From: Candidatus Bathyarchaeota archaeon
GTDB taxonomy: Archaea; Thermoproteota; Bathyarchaeia; Bathyarchaeales; Bathyarchaeaceae
Reading direction: 5' to 3'
Assembly (NCBI GenBank): GCA_963697165.1
Contig: CAVOMX010000017.1
Location: 1 to 64,000, forward strand
Length of the DNA stretch: 64,000 bases
Shown here in pieces: positions 62,998 to 64,000 of this stretch. A model generated the notes under the pieces. The model worked only from the letters and a program-made list of their open reading frames with translations. It did not search any database and was not told the origin of the DNA. The position numbers and the translations under genes are program-made. Within the stretch, counting starts at the first letter, position 1. Each line of letters starts with the position of its first letter.

Positions 62998-64000
62998 ATG
63001 CCGACTAATCTTCCTCCAGAGGCTAAAAAGAAGTATCAAGAAGCGACTCTTGCTAGGCGACCTGAGGAAAAAATCAAGAAACTGCAAGAGTTCATGAGCA
63101 TGTTTCCTAAGCATAAAGGTACAGAAACTCTTCGTGCACAAGTTAAAACAAAGATTTCGCGGCTAAAACAGGAGATCGAAGATAAAAAGCAAAAGAGAAC
63201 GGGCGTAGCAACTGGACCCAAAGTTTTTGTAGAAAAAGAGGGGGATGCTCAAATCGTTATTTTGGGACCAACCAATGTTGGACGTAGTAGTTTATTGTCT
63301 ACTCTAACTAACTCAAAAGTGGCGATTTGGAATTATCCATATACCACAACGGAGCTGACGCCAGGAATGTTTAATTATAAAGATTTACAGTTGCAGATGG
63401 TTGAAGCACCAGCACTTATGAATGGTTCTTCAGAGGGGGGTTCTTGGGGTTTGCAAACTTTGACTTCTGCCAGAAACGCTGATGGTCTTGTTTTAATGGT
63501 GGATTTGTCGCAGGATCCCGTTGAACAGTTCTCGCTTATCATTAAAGAGTTAGAAAAAGCAAAACTTCTTACGAAAAAGCCCAAAGCGCGTATAGAAATT
63601 GAGAAGAAGCATATGGGCGCCAAATTAAAGTTCATTGTTTTGGGGAAATTGATTGATTGTTCAGTTAAGGATTTGACGCAGCTTCTTAAAAGCTACGGAA
63701 TACGTGATGCCACGGTTAAGATTCGGGGCGAAGCTACACTAGATGATGTTGAAGAAGCAATTTTTGAGGGCAAAGTGTATAGACCTGCCATAATTTTAGC
63801 CAACAAGGCAGACCATCCGAAGGCTGCTGAAAAATTAGAACAACTCAAAAAGGTTGTAGGCAATAAAATGAAGATTATTGCCGTGTCATGTAAAACAAAG
63901 GTGGGGATGGAGAATCTTGGGGCTGAACTGTTTGGTATGCTTGATGTAATGCGTGTCTACACTAAGGAACCAAATAAGAAAGATTCTTCAAGGCGACCTT
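62998..64000 (+). CDS. DRG/OBG-family GTPase (partial, runs off window)
   Basis: Not in the ORF track. Reads MPTNLPPEA...PKHKGTE...GPTNVGRSS...YPYTT...NKAD...VYTK. Confidence 0.9.
   Translation, partial: MPTNLPPEAKKKYQEATLARRPEEKIKKLQEFMSMFPKHKGTETLRAQVKTKISRLKQEIEDKKQKRTGVATGPKVFVEKEGDAQIVILGPTNVGRSSLLSTLTNSKVAIWNYPYTTTELTPGMFNYKDLQLQMVEAPALMNGSSEGGSWGLQTLTSARNADGLVLMVDLSQDPVEQFSLIIKELEKAKLLTKKPKARIEIEKKHMGAKLKFIVLGKLIDCSVKDLTQLLKSYGIRDATVKIRGEATLDDVEEAIFEGKVYRPAIILANKADHPKAAEKLEQLKKVVGNKMKIIAVSCKTKVGMENLGAELFGMLDVMRVYTKEPNKKDSSRRP

Overview
This is an AT-rich archaeal chromosome window. Gene content and protein style suggest Bathyarchaeia, but that assignment is an inference. In order, it carries: the dinB 3' end, a fwdDBAC-mch H4MPT C1 cluster, a secreted dockerin protein, a 1544-aa TPR/Ig/double pseudo-KaiC protein facing an intact KaiC-like ATPase, and an opp/dpp peptide ABC transporter. 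A presenilin-like protease and several transporters follow. The accessory island at ~27-35 kb is punctuated by five copies of a palindromic motif. Next come a sulfur-trafficking cluster (MBL-rhodanese, two YeeE/YedE, thioredoxin, SoxB-like hydrolase, YeiH) and a NuoE/NuoF(HydCB)-type operon whose third subunit is fused to an F420-binding FrhB domain. The window ends with cofactor maturation genes (RimK-type ligase, fdhD, mobA, cofE), a decayed ABC ATPase, a minimal tyrosine recombinase flanked by two 11-6-11 inverted-repeat sites, and a truncated DRG/OBG GTPase. About 15 single-base frameshifts in otherwise intact genes probably reflect long-read assembly error. I saw no rRNA, tRNA or CRISPR array. 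All calls come from motif recognition by eye; no database searches were run.
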